A stretch of DNA of 64,000 bases, taken from Thermodesulfobacteriota bacterium (lineage in GTDB: Bacteria > Desulfobacterota > Syntrophorhabdia > Syntrophorhabdales > JANXAF01). A program made the translations under genes and the position numbers. Numbering within the stretch: position 1 is the first letter of the stretch; the number at the start of each line of letters is the position of its first letter. The stretch covers positions 41,444 through 105,443 of the forward strand of contig JANXAF010000003.1 in NCBI GenBank assembly GCA_025062045.1, read 5' to 3'. The notes below the pieces were generated by a model that worked only from the letters and a program-made list of their open reading frames with translations, searched no databases and was not told where the DNA came from. This document shows, in pieces, positions 44,302 through 53,518 of the stretch.

Positions 44302-45556
44302 TTCTGTGAGCCTTAAGGTAGTATCTATGGTCTTGGAGTTTTTTTCCGAAAACAGCATTCCGAAAAGCTCAGAGAGTTTAAATTTTCCCGATAGATAAGC
44401 TTTTATGCCTTCCCATATCAGACACGGGCTAAAATAGGAAATTTTGTAAAGGTTACAGAATTCCTTATAGAAATCTTCGAGATCGAGTTTAGTTGGCAAA
44501 ACAGAGTGGGCTATGTCGAAAAGATCAAAATCGAAGGAAGTTATTTCACTTTTGAGATCTTCGTAAAGCTTTGTTCCGTGAAGGAGGGTGAAGACAGAAA
44601 AAGTAGGTGTCTTTATGCCCCTAGAGACAAGATAGGTAGAGATCTTTCTAAAATCTTCCTTGCCGTATGCCGGATCTATTATGAAAGAAGCCCAGACCTG
44701 AATCTTTAGATCTCTTAAACGCTCAATGACCATGTCGTTAAAACGTACCTTCGTCTTTTTATTACGGGCGTATAATTCTTCGTCGTCTCTTTTTTCGAAC
44801 CCAATAAATACGCCCCTAAGCCATATTTTTTTCCAAAGCTTCACAAGATCAGCGTAAGTTGCGATGGTGTCGCTTCTAGCTTGGAACGTGTAACGTTTTT
44901 TTATCCCAAATTCTCTTAATTAAAAGAGCTATTCTTTCTGCCCTTTTTGGACTCCGAAGAAAATTTTTGTCCACAAGTAGGACGCAGGGTTCATCGAGTC
45001 GATTGAGTTCTTCAACGACCCTCTCGGCAGTCTTCATCCTCACTTGTCTTTCGTAAAACTGCCATACATAAAAAAAGAGCACCGATGAAAACAACCCCTC
45101 GATGTTTTAAAAAGAGCCAAAGATTTTTGAAACCCAAGATGATAATTTTGTCTCTTCACAAATCCCTTCTCGGGATTGGAAGGGAGTCCAGGTCGTCTTT
45201 TTTAGCCTTCCCCTCTGAAAAAGAATCTTTCGTTTTCCCTTATTGCAAGTCCCTTAACCTCCTTGAGATCAGCCCCTTCCGAATACCATCAATTTAGAAA
45301 ATGTCCTCTCACCCTCCCCAATCACAACTACGTCGCATGTACTGTCCGAAAGAGTGGTAAGATTAAGCGAAGCGTGCTCTCCCCCTACGGCTATCATTGT
45401 TTTGGGTAATATCTCTTTTATCCTTTTTTTAAGCTTTACGAGAGGATTGTGATCTACGGTGTAAGAAAGGTTTATATCCCGCGTACGTCCGGACGGAAGT
45501 ATGAAAGAAAGGAGTGGAGTCTTTTTTCGAACCTCAAATCCAATATCTGTATTTCA
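44272..45556 (-). pseudogene. decayed B12-binding radical-SAM gene (multiple frameshifts and stops)
   Basis: Hand translation in shifting frames gives these fragments: B12-domain IKEILPKTMIAVGGEHAS...DVVVIGEGERTF, then ADLKEVKGLAIRENERFFF, then LFKTSRGCFHRCSFF (a broken CxxxCxxC), then RMKTAERVVEELNRL...LLVDKNF, then RGVFIGFEKRDDE...IQVWASFIIDP. There are at least four frame breaks, mostly at A/T homopolymer runs, for example 45070-45076 and about 44886-44892. Confidence 0.75.
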
Positions 45557-45767
45557 TCCTCTTTATTGTCGCCAGCTATACATTCTAAACCCTAAGGCTC
45601 CGCAACAACCATCCGGGTAAAGCCGAGGGCGCCACTTTTTGGGTGAAGAAGAATCTTCACGTGTGAGTCGATTATACAACGTTGAAGGTTAAATGCACGA
45701 TACAGAATTTGACATTTTTCAATTTTTTCTCAAGCCGTTTTCAAAGTAAAAAGTTTTTTTAGTTCTT

Positions 45768-46766
45768 TTAGTTTAACTTAAGGATCCTTTGGGCGTTTTT
45801 GTAAAAGACCTTTTCCTTTACAGAGTGTGAGTCTATCATACTCTCCAAAGCCTCAATGGTGGAACGGATTGATATATCGCCATTTTCCACATCGTACGGC
45901 ATGTCAGTTCCAAAAAGGAGATGATCTTCGCCAAAGAACTCAAGGGCGCATCTTAAAGCCAGAGGATTTCCATTCAGTGCAGTATCCGCATAGAACATCC
46001 TATAGTATTCGATCGGATGTTTTTTTAAACCAGGAAAAAACTTGAGTCCGAGCCGTTCCAGTCCATTGTCGTAATGGACAACTATGCGATTCGAAAGATA
46101 AGGTATCATACCACCGGCATGATGAGTTATAAATTTGATGTTTGGTAGACGCTCAAATATGCCAGAAAATACAAGCCTCGTCATGGCTTTTGCAGTTTCA
46201 AAAGGCCATCCAAATATCGAAAATATCTGGTGGTAAGAGAATTGCTCTACGGCGTAATCGGGCTCACTAGAGCTTCTCATGGGATGTATCCAGATGGGAA
46301 GATCATAATCTGCCATAAGTTTGTAAAGCGGAAAGAGCTCTTCAGAACTTAGTGGTTTTCCAAGAACCCTAGTGTAGATCTGAATACCTTTAAATTTAAG
46401 CTTTTCTATAGCCCTCTTTGTCTCCTCAATAGCGATACTTATGTTGTTAAGTGGGATATTTGCGATGGCTCCCACAAATCTGTCAGGATAATTCTCTACT
46501 AGTTCTGCCATTTCATCGTTACATATACGTGCGAGACGCAAAGCCTCATCGGGGTCGCTAACTACCTCTTCGATGGGAGGCATCGTCGTCGAGATAACCT
46601 GTTTGTATCCTTCGTACTTTTCCATTTTTTTTATCCTTCCATAAAAGTCGGTAAGGATAGGACGTTTATCTTGCACCGCCTTTTCGGTAGGAAACCTATC
46701 GGCGTATTTGTAAAGAGCTTCCTTGTACTTAGGAAGCATGACGTGATTAAAGATATCTATCTTCAT
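45768..46766 (-). CDS. amidohydrolase_2 (ACMSD-family) protein, atypical F-x-H motif (copy B)
   Basis: 332 aa. Has KIDIFNHVMLP, PIWIHP, ITHHAGG and LFGTDMPYD. Roughly half the residues are identical to 23550..24575 over a hand-aligned core of about 130 aa. Confidence 0.8.
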   Translation of the reverse strand: MKIDIFNHVMLPKYKEALYKYADRFPTEKAVQDKRPILTDFYGRIKKMEKYEGYKQVISTTMPPIEEVVSDPDEALRLARICNDEMAELVENYPDRFVGAIANIPLNNISIAIEETKRAIEKLKFKGIQIYTRVLGKPLSSEELFPLYKLMADYDLPIWIHPMRSSSEPDYAVEQFSYHQIFSIFGWPFETAKAMTRLVFSGIFERLPNIKFITHHAGGMIPYLSNRIVVHYDNGLERLGLKFFPGLKKHPIEYYRMFYADTALNGNPLALRCALEFFGEDHLLFGTDMPYDVENGDISIRSTIEALESMIDSHSVKEKVFYKNAQRILKLN

Positions 46767-46783
46767 ACTTCCCTCCTAAAACC

Positions 46784-48274
46784 TTATTTTCGCTTCTTCT
46801 TGAAAGCGGAGATCACAAGGATCAAAACGACAAGAATTATGGTGAGAGAAATTGGTCGCCTAAAAAGGGTCAGGTAATCGCCCTGAAACGCAATCAGCAT
46901 CTGGCGCATGTTGAGGTCCAATAATTTCGAGAGAACCATCGACAAGACCAATGGAGCAGGTTCAAACTCAAGCTTCCTCAAAAAATAGCCGATGAGCCCA
47001 AAGACGCAAACGACGTAAACGTCGAACACACTGTTATTTATACTATACGCCCCTATAACACACAAAAGAAGAATGAGCGGGTAAAGAATCCTGGGTGATA
47101 TCTTAAGTATTTGAACCCAAAGCGGGATAAGGGGAAGGTTGAGTATGAGTAACATCACATTTCCGATGTACATGCTACTTATTACTCCCCAGAAGATGTC
47201 CGGTTTCTCTTTAAGTAAAAGCGGACCGGGAACTATTCCGTGTACGAGGAAAGCTCCAAAAAGGACCGCAAGCATAACGTTGGGAGGAATACCTAGCACT
47301 AGAAGAGGGACAAAAGAAGTTGAAGCAGCTGCGTTGTTTGCAGATTCAGGCGCAGCAACCCCTTCTACTGCTCCAGACCCAAACTTCTCAGGACTTTTTG
47401 AGAACCTCTTCTCGACGCCATATGCCAGAAATGAAGCCACAACTGGTCCGCCACCAGGTAGTAAACCGAGCATAAAACCGACCAATGAGCCCCTAAGAAT
47501 AGCCCATTTGGCCTCCAACCAGTCCCGGTAAGTGAGGAAGAGGTTTCTGATCTTTGTTCTTACGAGCTCGGGTTCTACAATTCTTTCCATGTTTACGAGA
47601 ACTTCTCCTATTCCGAAAAGACCCATTGCCACCTGTGCTATGCCTAAGCCCTCGAAAAGATAAGGAATGCCAAAGGTGAAACGCTGTGCGGATGTGATAG
47701 GATCGAGTCCCACACACCCAAGAATGAGTCCAAAAACACACATTATGAAAGCTTTTATCCTAGAGCCGTGGGAGACGTAAACGACGAAAGTGAGTCCAAG
47801 CAAAACCAAAGCAAAATACTCACAAGGACCGAATCTTAAGGCTAAACCCACAAGGGGTTTTGCGATAAGCGTAAGCCCTATTATTCCAAAAGTTCCGGCT
47901 ATGAATGAACCGATTGCGGCTATGGCTAAAGCAGATGCAGCGCGGCCAGCCCTTGCCATTTGGTAGCCATCGAGACAGGTGATTACACTTGCCGCCTCGC
48001 CAGGGACGTTAAGAAGAATTGATGTTGTGGATCCGCCGTACATGGCCCCGTAGTATATCCCGGCAAGCATAATTATCGATCCGGCAGGCGGTAACTTGAA
48101 TGTCAAAGGAAGGAGTATGGAAATGGCTGCAACAGGCCCAAGACCAGGCAAAACCCCAATTAGGGTTCCTAGTGTAGCTCCCGCCAAACACAAAATCAGA
48201 TTTTCGGGGGTCAGTGCGATTGAAAAACCATAAATCAAACTAGAAAGTGTATCGCTTACCACTTCAACCCCCAA
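46784..48274 (-). CDS. tctA: tripartite tricarboxylate transporter large permease TctA
   Basis: Polytopic. Has GTLIGVLPGLGP and GLLPGGGP, which are TctA signatures. The track ORF extends to 48391 but that part overlaps tctB. A TTG at 48274 or a GTG at 48262 is a more plausible start. Confidence 0.8.
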   Translation of the reverse strand: MGVEVVSDTLSSLIYGFSIALTPENLILCLAGATLGTLIGVLPGLGPVAAISILLPLTFKLPPAGSIIMLAGIYYGAMYGGSTTSILLNVPGEAASVITCLDGYQMARAGRAASALAIAAIGSFIAGTFGIIGLTLIAKPLVGLALRFGPCEYFALVLLGLTFVVYVSHGSRIKAFIMCVFGLILGCVGLDPITSAQRFTFGIPYLFEGLGIAQVAMGLFGIGEVLVNMERIVEPELVRTKIRNLFLTYRDWLEAKWAILRGSLVGFMLGLLPGGGPVVASFLAYGVEKRFSKSPEKFGSGAVEGVAAPESANNAAASTSFVPLLVLGIPPNVMLAVLFGAFLVHGIVPGPLLLKEKPDIFWGVISSMYIGNVMLLILNLPLIPLWVQILKISPRILYPLILLLCVIGAYSINNSVFDVYVVCVFGLIGYFLRKLEFEPAPLVLSMVLSKLLDLNMRQMLIAFQGDYLTLFRRPISLTIILVVLILVISAFKKKRK

Positions 48275-48686
48275 AAAGGCTTCCTCGGGGTAGTGGCACC
48301 TGAAGAAGGATCTTAAAAACGATATATGATAGAAATGATGCCGAAAGAGAATAGATGACCGATCTTGGTAATTTAAAACCGCAGAGTGCAAAGATAAAGA
48401 TCATAAAAAGTATAGTCGCTACGAGAAACCCTAAAAGTTCAAGGACCAAGGCATACGTAAAGAGGAGAGTGAAGACTAATACAGGCCTTTTCCAGTAAAT
48501 TGGGACCTCATCCGCTTTACTCTTCATGTACAAGACTACCGAAAGAATAATGAGTATCGACGATGAAAAAAAGGGCAGAAAGCCAGGTCCGGGCGAAGAA
48601 AAACCGATCTTCAGCTTGAACGAAACATAAAGCACGTAGATACCGACCAGTAGGAAAAGAAGCGAAGCTATCTGCCCTTTCTTCAT
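48264..48686 (-). CDS. tctB: tripartite tricarboxylate transporter small permease TctB
   Basis: 140 aa with four hydrophobic helices. Lies between tctC and tctA. Confidence 0.7.
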   Translation of the reverse strand: MKKGQIASLLFLLVGIYVLYVSFKLKIGFSSPGPGFLPFFSSSILIILSVVLYMKSKADEVPIYWKRPVLVFTLLFTYALVLELLGFLVATILFMIFIFALCGFKLPRSVIYSLSASFLSYIVFKILLQVPLPRGSLFGG

Positions 48687-48690
48687 CCCC

Positions 48691-49662
48691 TTAGTACGGT
48701 CTGGTTGCCGATTCCTTAATAAGCCCGGTTTCTTTCAGAGTCTTTTCCAGTTTGAACCACATGGTCCTTAAATATTCCGTGTACTCCTTCGATCCCATAA
48801 ATATCGGTATCATGTCCAAACTATCGAGAACGCGCTTGAACTCAGGTGAATCTTTTGCCTTGCTAAAGGCATCCTCCAATTTTCTGACCACCTCATCAGG
48901 CATCTTTGCAGGGCCCAGAATAGAAAATACCGTTTCGTTAACAAAGTCGTATCCCAGTTCCTTTAAAGTAGGGACTTCAGGATGCTTAGGATTTCTTGTT
49001 GCCTGATGGTAAGCAAGTACTCTGATCTCACCCGATCTCACATATGGAGCATGCTCCGGTCCGGAAGAGCAGATATCCACGTGACCTCCAAGGAGAGCAA
49101 CAAGAGCATCTTTTGACCCGGGATAGGGGACATGGATTATGTCGAGTTTATCTTTGAATTTCACGTATTCCATCGCATGGTGCATGGCAGTGCCAACTCC
49201 GGCTGAGCTGTACTTTAGCTTGCCCGGATTCTTTTTTGCGTACTCCACGAGCTCTGCATGAGTCTTCCAGGGAGCGTCTTTTCTCACACATGTTGCATTC
49301 TGTGGAGACGCAAACGCAACAATTGGAGTAAAGCTCGCTAAAGGTTTGAAACTCACTTGCTGAAAGTGTGGTGCCCTTATTATGCCTGTACTAGTTGCAG
49401 CACAAAGGAGGTATCCGTCAGGTTTTGCGGTCGAAATCAGGGTAGGTGCTACTGTTCCGCCACCTCCAGGCTTATACTCGATAATGAAACTGGTCCCCAA
49501 AAATTTTTCAGCAGCCGAGCACAGGGCCCTCGTTGTAAGATCCATCGATCCACCAGCTGTGAATGCCACATATACAGTTATAGGTCTTTCCGGATATCCG
49601 GCGGCAAAAACCTTTCCACAAATAAAGGCTAAGAGCAAAATAAAGAGAATTTTTTTAAACAT
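48691..49662 (-). CDS. tctC: tripartite tricarboxylate transporter substrate-binding protein TctC (Bug family)
   Basis: 323 aa with a signal peptide. Has YPERPITVYVAFTAGGSMDLTTR and KPGGGGTV. Confidence 0.85.
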   Translation of the reverse strand: MFKKILFILLLAFICGKVFAAGYPERPITVYVAFTAGGSMDLTTRALCSAAEKFLGTSFIIEYKPGGGGTVAPTLISTAKPDGYLLCAATSTGIIRAPHFQQVSFKPLASFTPIVAFASPQNATCVRKDAPWKTHAELVEYAKKNPGKLKYSSAGVGTAMHHAMEYVKFKDKLDIIHVPYPGSKDALVALLGGHVDICSSGPEHAPYVRSGEIRVLAYHQATRNPKHPEVPTLKELGYDFVNETVFSILGPAKMPDEVVRKLEDAFSKAKDSPEFKRVLDSLDMIPIFMGSKEYTEYLRTMWFKLEKTLKETGLIKESATRPY

Positions 49663-49885
49663 GGTTCCCTCCCCTTTTATAGGATAACATCAAAGGCAGT
49701 GGTATCCTAAGCTTTATAGCCCCGTTCGGACATTCCTCTACACACAATCGACAGTGAAAGCAGAATTCCGGGTAGGCAACATGAGGGACACTGTCTTTTT
49801 CGCTGCCAAAATACACATCTTCCGAGCACACATCAACACATTTTCCGCAGGCCGAACAGAGCTCAGGTTCTATCACTGGAGGCAT
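49655..49885 (-). CDS. 2x[4Fe-4S] mini-ferredoxin, AprB-N-terminal-domain-like (copy B)
   Basis: 76 aa. Has CSACGKCVDVCS and CFHCRLCVEECP. It is a clear homolog of 21643..21846 (MPP.I....CS.CG.C...C...V....SEK......Y.E.C.HC..C..ECP.GAIK). Confidence 0.85.
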   Translation of the reverse strand: MPPVIEPELCSACGKCVDVCSEDVYFGSEKDSVPHVAYPEFCFHCRLCVEECPNGAIKLRIPLPLMLSYKRGGNHV

Positions 49886-49888
49886 AAA

Positions 49889-51550
49889 TCAGATTCTTTT
49901 CCAAGTGTATACTAATTTTCCATCCTCTTTGCGGAAGAAAAGCCCTTTCTCGTTTAAGCTAGGATCTAGGAAAGGATAATCCATCCTCTTATGAAAGCCT
50001 CTACTTTCCTTTCTCTCGATCGCACCTAAAAATACAATTTCCGCAAGATCAAGAAGGTTAAATACCTCTAGTACTCTTGCAACTTCCCATTGATTTCTGG
50101 CAGTGGCGGTCTTGTAAAATTTTTCTTTTAGCCTTTTCAAATTCTCGTATCCAGCACAGAGAAGGTTTTCATACCTCAAAGTTCCCGCATAGTCCCACAT
50201 TATCTGTTGAAGACATATATTGGCCTCAAACCAAGTAGCCCCAACTTTTCTGTTTCTAATTTCTGCCAAAAATTCCTGAAGACGCGCTGTAAGCTCCTTG
50301 AGTATCATAGATTCCTTTTTTTCCACCTTATTTACCAGGCTTGCCGCATTTTGTCCGGCAATCCAGCCAAGTGTTGCCGCAGGCCCCACTCCGACCATTA
50401 CCTCATCACCGGCTGCAAAGACTTGTGGCTTTGAAGTCCTACATTCTGTATCTATCCATATTTTCCCTTCAGGAATTAGATGATACGTCATGAATTCTAC
50501 CTTGTCCTTTTTGAGGTCAATCCCTTCTTCTTTTACGTGATCGAGAAGAGAAGCCATCCCTTCGTGTAAGAAAAATTCAATCATGTATTCGTAGTCTTCA
50601 TCGGTTATGCCCTCCATATCCATATAGACAGGGCCTCTTCCTTTTCGAACTAATATTTCAGGCAAATCTGGCCTTGCCTCGAGTACCATATCACCGTACA
50701 ACCTTTCTGGCCTCTTAACGTATGGGCCGCAGGGTTTACCGTTCCCGTCCTTTAGCACTCCAACCCAAGTTGCCTGCCCAAACCTGGCAAAGTACTTAGG
50801 TCCCATGTGCCTTTTTGGCAATTCGGGACTCACTATATCTATGCCCGCCCTGAGCGCCATTGCCCTGCCATCCCCTGTCAATGTTAGGCAATTAGGGGTG
50901 CTGGAGAGCCAACCAGGTACTGGAGGAGGGTATAGCCTATCTGTCGTTCCCGTTGCAAGAACAACAGCCCTGGAAACATACACATGAATCTTTTCTTCCC
51001 TCGTATGAATCGCCAAAACCGCACACGGAGAGTCTTCTTCTATGATCAAATCCTTTGCCATCACTCTGTTATGAATCTTCACTCCCCTTTCCTGAGCCTT
51101 TCTGTAAAGAACCTTTTTTTGATTTTTGCCCCTGTATTTTAGATGGGTAAAAACCTCCCCGGGAAAAGAATGGCCCGCAAATTCCCATTTCTTTCCATTC
51201 CTCATCGGTATTCCCCAGTCGTCCCACACCTTTACGATTTCAAATGAATGTTCAAGAAATTTTTTTATCACCGCAGGAGGTGTACCAGATTGCATGATCG
51301 CAAGCTTCGGGCCTTTAAGACACTCTTTTAAAAAGGAGTCAAGATCCGCTCCGTGTACTTCAGGGATGTAACACCAGAAATGATCGTTTCCAGATCTTCC
51401 ACGACCGCTGAATTCGGCATTGCCTTTTTCAATTACAATCACATCCGCGCCTTTGTCTTTTGCTGAAATGGCAGCCATAAGTCCAGCTATTCCACCACCA
51501 ACACACAATACATCAGTAGTATACATTTCTATGGGGTAGGAAAAAACCAT
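49889..51550 (-). CDS. AprA/SdhA-superfamily FAD flavoprotein (copy B)
   Basis: 553 aa. Has DVLCVGGGIAGLMAA, VVLATGTT, FAAGDE and a C-terminal ERKESRGFHKRMDYP (SDH/FRD/NadB/AprA signature). The start may be M1 (leaderless) or M9. Confidence 0.75.
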   Translation of the reverse strand: MVFSYPIEMYTTDVLCVGGGIAGLMAAISAKDKGADVIVIEKGNAEFSGRGRSGNDHFWCYIPEVHGADLDSFLKECLKGPKLAIMQSGTPPAVIKKFLEHSFEIVKVWDDWGIPMRNGKKWEFAGHSFPGEVFTHLKYRGKNQKKVLYRKAQERGVKIHNRVMAKDLIIEEDSPCAVLAIHTREEKIHVYVSRAVVLATGTTDRLYPPPVPGWLSSTPNCLTLTGDGRAMALRAGIDIVSPELPKRHMGPKYFARFGQATWVGVLKDGNGKPCGPYVKRPERLYGDMVLEARPDLPEILVRKGRGPVYMDMEGITDEDYEYMIEFFLHEGMASLLDHVKEEGIDLKKDKVEFMTYHLIPEGKIWIDTECRTSKPQVFAAGDEVMVGVGPAATLGWIAGQNAASLVNKVEKKESMILKELTARLQEFLAEIRNRKVGATWFEANICLQQIMWDYAGTLRYENLLCAGYENLKRLKEKFYKTATARNQWEVARVLEVFNLLDLAEIVFLGAIERKESRGFHKRMDYPFLDPSLNEKGLFFRKEDGKLVYTWKRI

Positions 51551-51558
51551 AACAATAG

Positions 51559-51588
51559 ACTATAAATGGTTAAGAGTCAGGATGTCAA
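51559..51588 (-). promoter_or_regulatory. putative sigma70-type promoter of the flavoprotein-led operon, possibly leaderless
   Basis: On the minus strand: TTGACA (51588-51583), an 18-nt spacer, TATAGT (51564-51559), then only 8 nt with no SD before the ATG at 51550. Confidence 0.4.
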
Positions 51589-51615
51589 GGATAATCGAGT
51601 AGAATAGTTGAAATG

Positions 51616-51688
<73 letters not shown>

Positions 51689-51834
51689 ACAGTCTTTATT
51701 TTAATAGAAGCTTTTTGCTCGTGTCAAGGGTCATCCAATTATGCTTTCCTTGTTTTTCCTCACTGGAAATCGATATTGAAGAGGGACCAGGGAAAGTTTT
51801 ATACTGATGGAAAAACAAAAGGGGGTTTCGATAC

Positions 51835-53487
51835 ATGAAATATCTTCGAGGTTTTACTCCGTATCCAAAAGAAGAAAGACTAAGGTATAAAAAACTGGGT
51901 ATATGGAGGGGGATCACATTTGGAGATTTGATTGACAGGGCGGCAGATATTTATCCGAGAAGAGAAGCCCTTGTCGATAAAGACATGAGGTTTACCTATT
52001 CTGAGGTTAGAGAGCGAGTGAATCGGCTCGCAGTTGGATTTATCGAGTTAGGCATAAAAAAGGCTGAAAGGGTTTTGCTTCAGTTACCGAACTGGGCCGA
52101 GTTCGTTTTCGCGTATTTCGCTCTTCAAAAGATAGGAGCAATCCCTGTGCTCCTCATAGACAGGTACAGGCAGTACGAAATTTCCCACCTCTTTAAACTT
52201 ACGGGGGCTAAGACATGGATAGTACCTGAGGCTTATGGAAAGACCGATTACATACCCATAATAAGGGATGTTCTTGCCACAACGAAGGGCATAAAAAACG
52301 TTATACTCGTAAGAAGCAAGAATCAGAATGGGTTTACGAGCCTAGAAAGACTTTTAGATACGAAAATAGACGAATCTTCACTTAGGTTACTGGAGAAGAG
52401 AAGACCTGATCCTATGCAGGTAGCCCATATGGGTCCAACAGGAGGGACAACAGGTCTACCAAAGGTCGTCCCGAGAACGCACAATGACTACTTGTGCAGG
52501 GTTGAGTACTCTGCTTACGCCCTTGAGATGACATTAAATGATATAACTCTAATCTGCGCTCCCATTGGCCACGATATGGCCTTCAGCATGGGTCTTTGCA
52601 CGACTCTTTTTTCGTTCGGAAAGGTTGTGATGTTGGACTCAACAAGAGCCCAAGACATACTCCCTACGATTGAAAAAGAAAAAGTAACATACACTTGCTG
52701 GACACCTACATTTGTCGCCAGAATCCTAGAGTTCGAAGGCCTAAAGGATTACGATCTGAGCTCGCTTAAAAAAATGTACTGCGGCGGTGGAGCAAGCTCG
52801 CCTAAGCTTGTGAGAGAGGCGATAGAGAAATTGAGATGTATTTACGTTAACGCATATGGCGGTACGGAAGGGATGAAAGCTCAGACGAGATTAGATGATC
52901 CACTGGATATTGTAGAGAGAACGGTGGGAAAGAAGGTCTGCCCATACGACATCTATAAAATTGTGGATGAGAAAGGAAACGAGCTTCCTTTTGGCAAACA
53001 GGGCGAGCTTGTCATAAAAGGTCCATGCGTCTTTACAGGTTATTACAACGCTCCTGAGGAAAATGAGAAAGTATTTACTAAAGATGGGTTTTTCAGAACC
53101 GGAGATTTGGCAATGATGGACGAGGAAGGAAACATAACAATAACAGGAAGGATAAAGGAGATGATAAATAGGGGTGGAGAGAGTATAAGTGCTACGGAGA
53201 TAGAAAATCTCATATTAAGCCATCCGAAGGTTGCCCTTGTGGCGGTCATAGGAATGCCTGATGTGACGATGGGAGAGAGGGTCTGTGCCTACATAAAACC
53301 AAAGGAGGGGGAGACGATAACCTTTGATGAAATAATAGCCCATCTTAAAGAGAAGAAAGCTTCAGTTCTTCAGTTTCCCGAGCGAATAGAATTTGTGGAT
53401 TCCATGCCCCTTACAGCGGCTAATAAGATAGATAAGAGGGCTTTGAGGGAAGACATAAAGAGAAAGATTGGCTGGAAGGACGAATGA
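51835..53487 (+). CDS. EntE/DhbE-clade aryl-acid adenylating enzyme (aryl-CoA/AMP ligase)
   Basis: 550 aa. Collinear with E. coli EntE as I recall it: RYKKLGIWRG.TFGDLI, TGGTTGLPKVVPRTHNDY, TRLDD, INRGGESISATEIENLILSHP and FPERIEFVDSMPLTAANKIDKRAL. Confidence 0.8.
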   Translation: MKYLRGFTPYPKEERLRYKKLGIWRGITFGDLIDRAADIYPRREALVDKDMRFTYSEVRERVNRLAVGFIELGIKKAERVLLQLPNWAEFVFAYFALQKIGAIPVLLIDRYRQYEISHLFKLTGAKTWIVPEAYGKTDYIPIIRDVLATTKGIKNVILVRSKNQNGFTSLERLLDTKIDESSLRLLEKRRPDPMQVAHMGPTGGTTGLPKVVPRTHNDYLCRVEYSAYALEMTLNDITLICAPIGHDMAFSMGLCTTLFSFGKVVMLDSTRAQDILPTIEKEKVTYTCWTPTFVARILEFEGLKDYDLSSLKKMYCGGGASSPKLVREAIEKLRCIYVNAYGGTEGMKAQTRLDDPLDIVERTVGKKVCPYDIYKIVDEKGNELPFGKQGELVIKGPCVFTGYYNAPEENEKVFTKDGFFRTGDLAMMDEEGNITITGRIKEMINRGGESISATEIENLILSHPKVALVAVIGMPDVTMGERVCAYIKPKEGETITFDEIIAHLKEKKASVLQFPERIEFVDSMPLTAANKIDKRALREDIKRKIGWKDE

Positions 53488-53518
53488 TCCTTATTTTGAT
53501 TGAAATTGGCCAGATATT

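Noticed and set aside
45640-45660. A 7-bp hairpin, GTGAAGA-agaa-TCTTCAC, in the intergenic region upstream of the radical-SAM pseudogene.
   Set aside because: No U-tract follows it on either strand, and it lies upstream rather than downstream of the nearest genes. This is insufficient to call a terminator or regulatory RNA.
46784-48391. The full 535-aa tctA ORF, which overlaps tctB by 128 nt.
   Set aside because: The N-terminal 39-43 residues are non-TctA-like and overlap the end of tctB. A TTG or GTG start at 48274 or 48262, next to the tctB stop, is more plausible.
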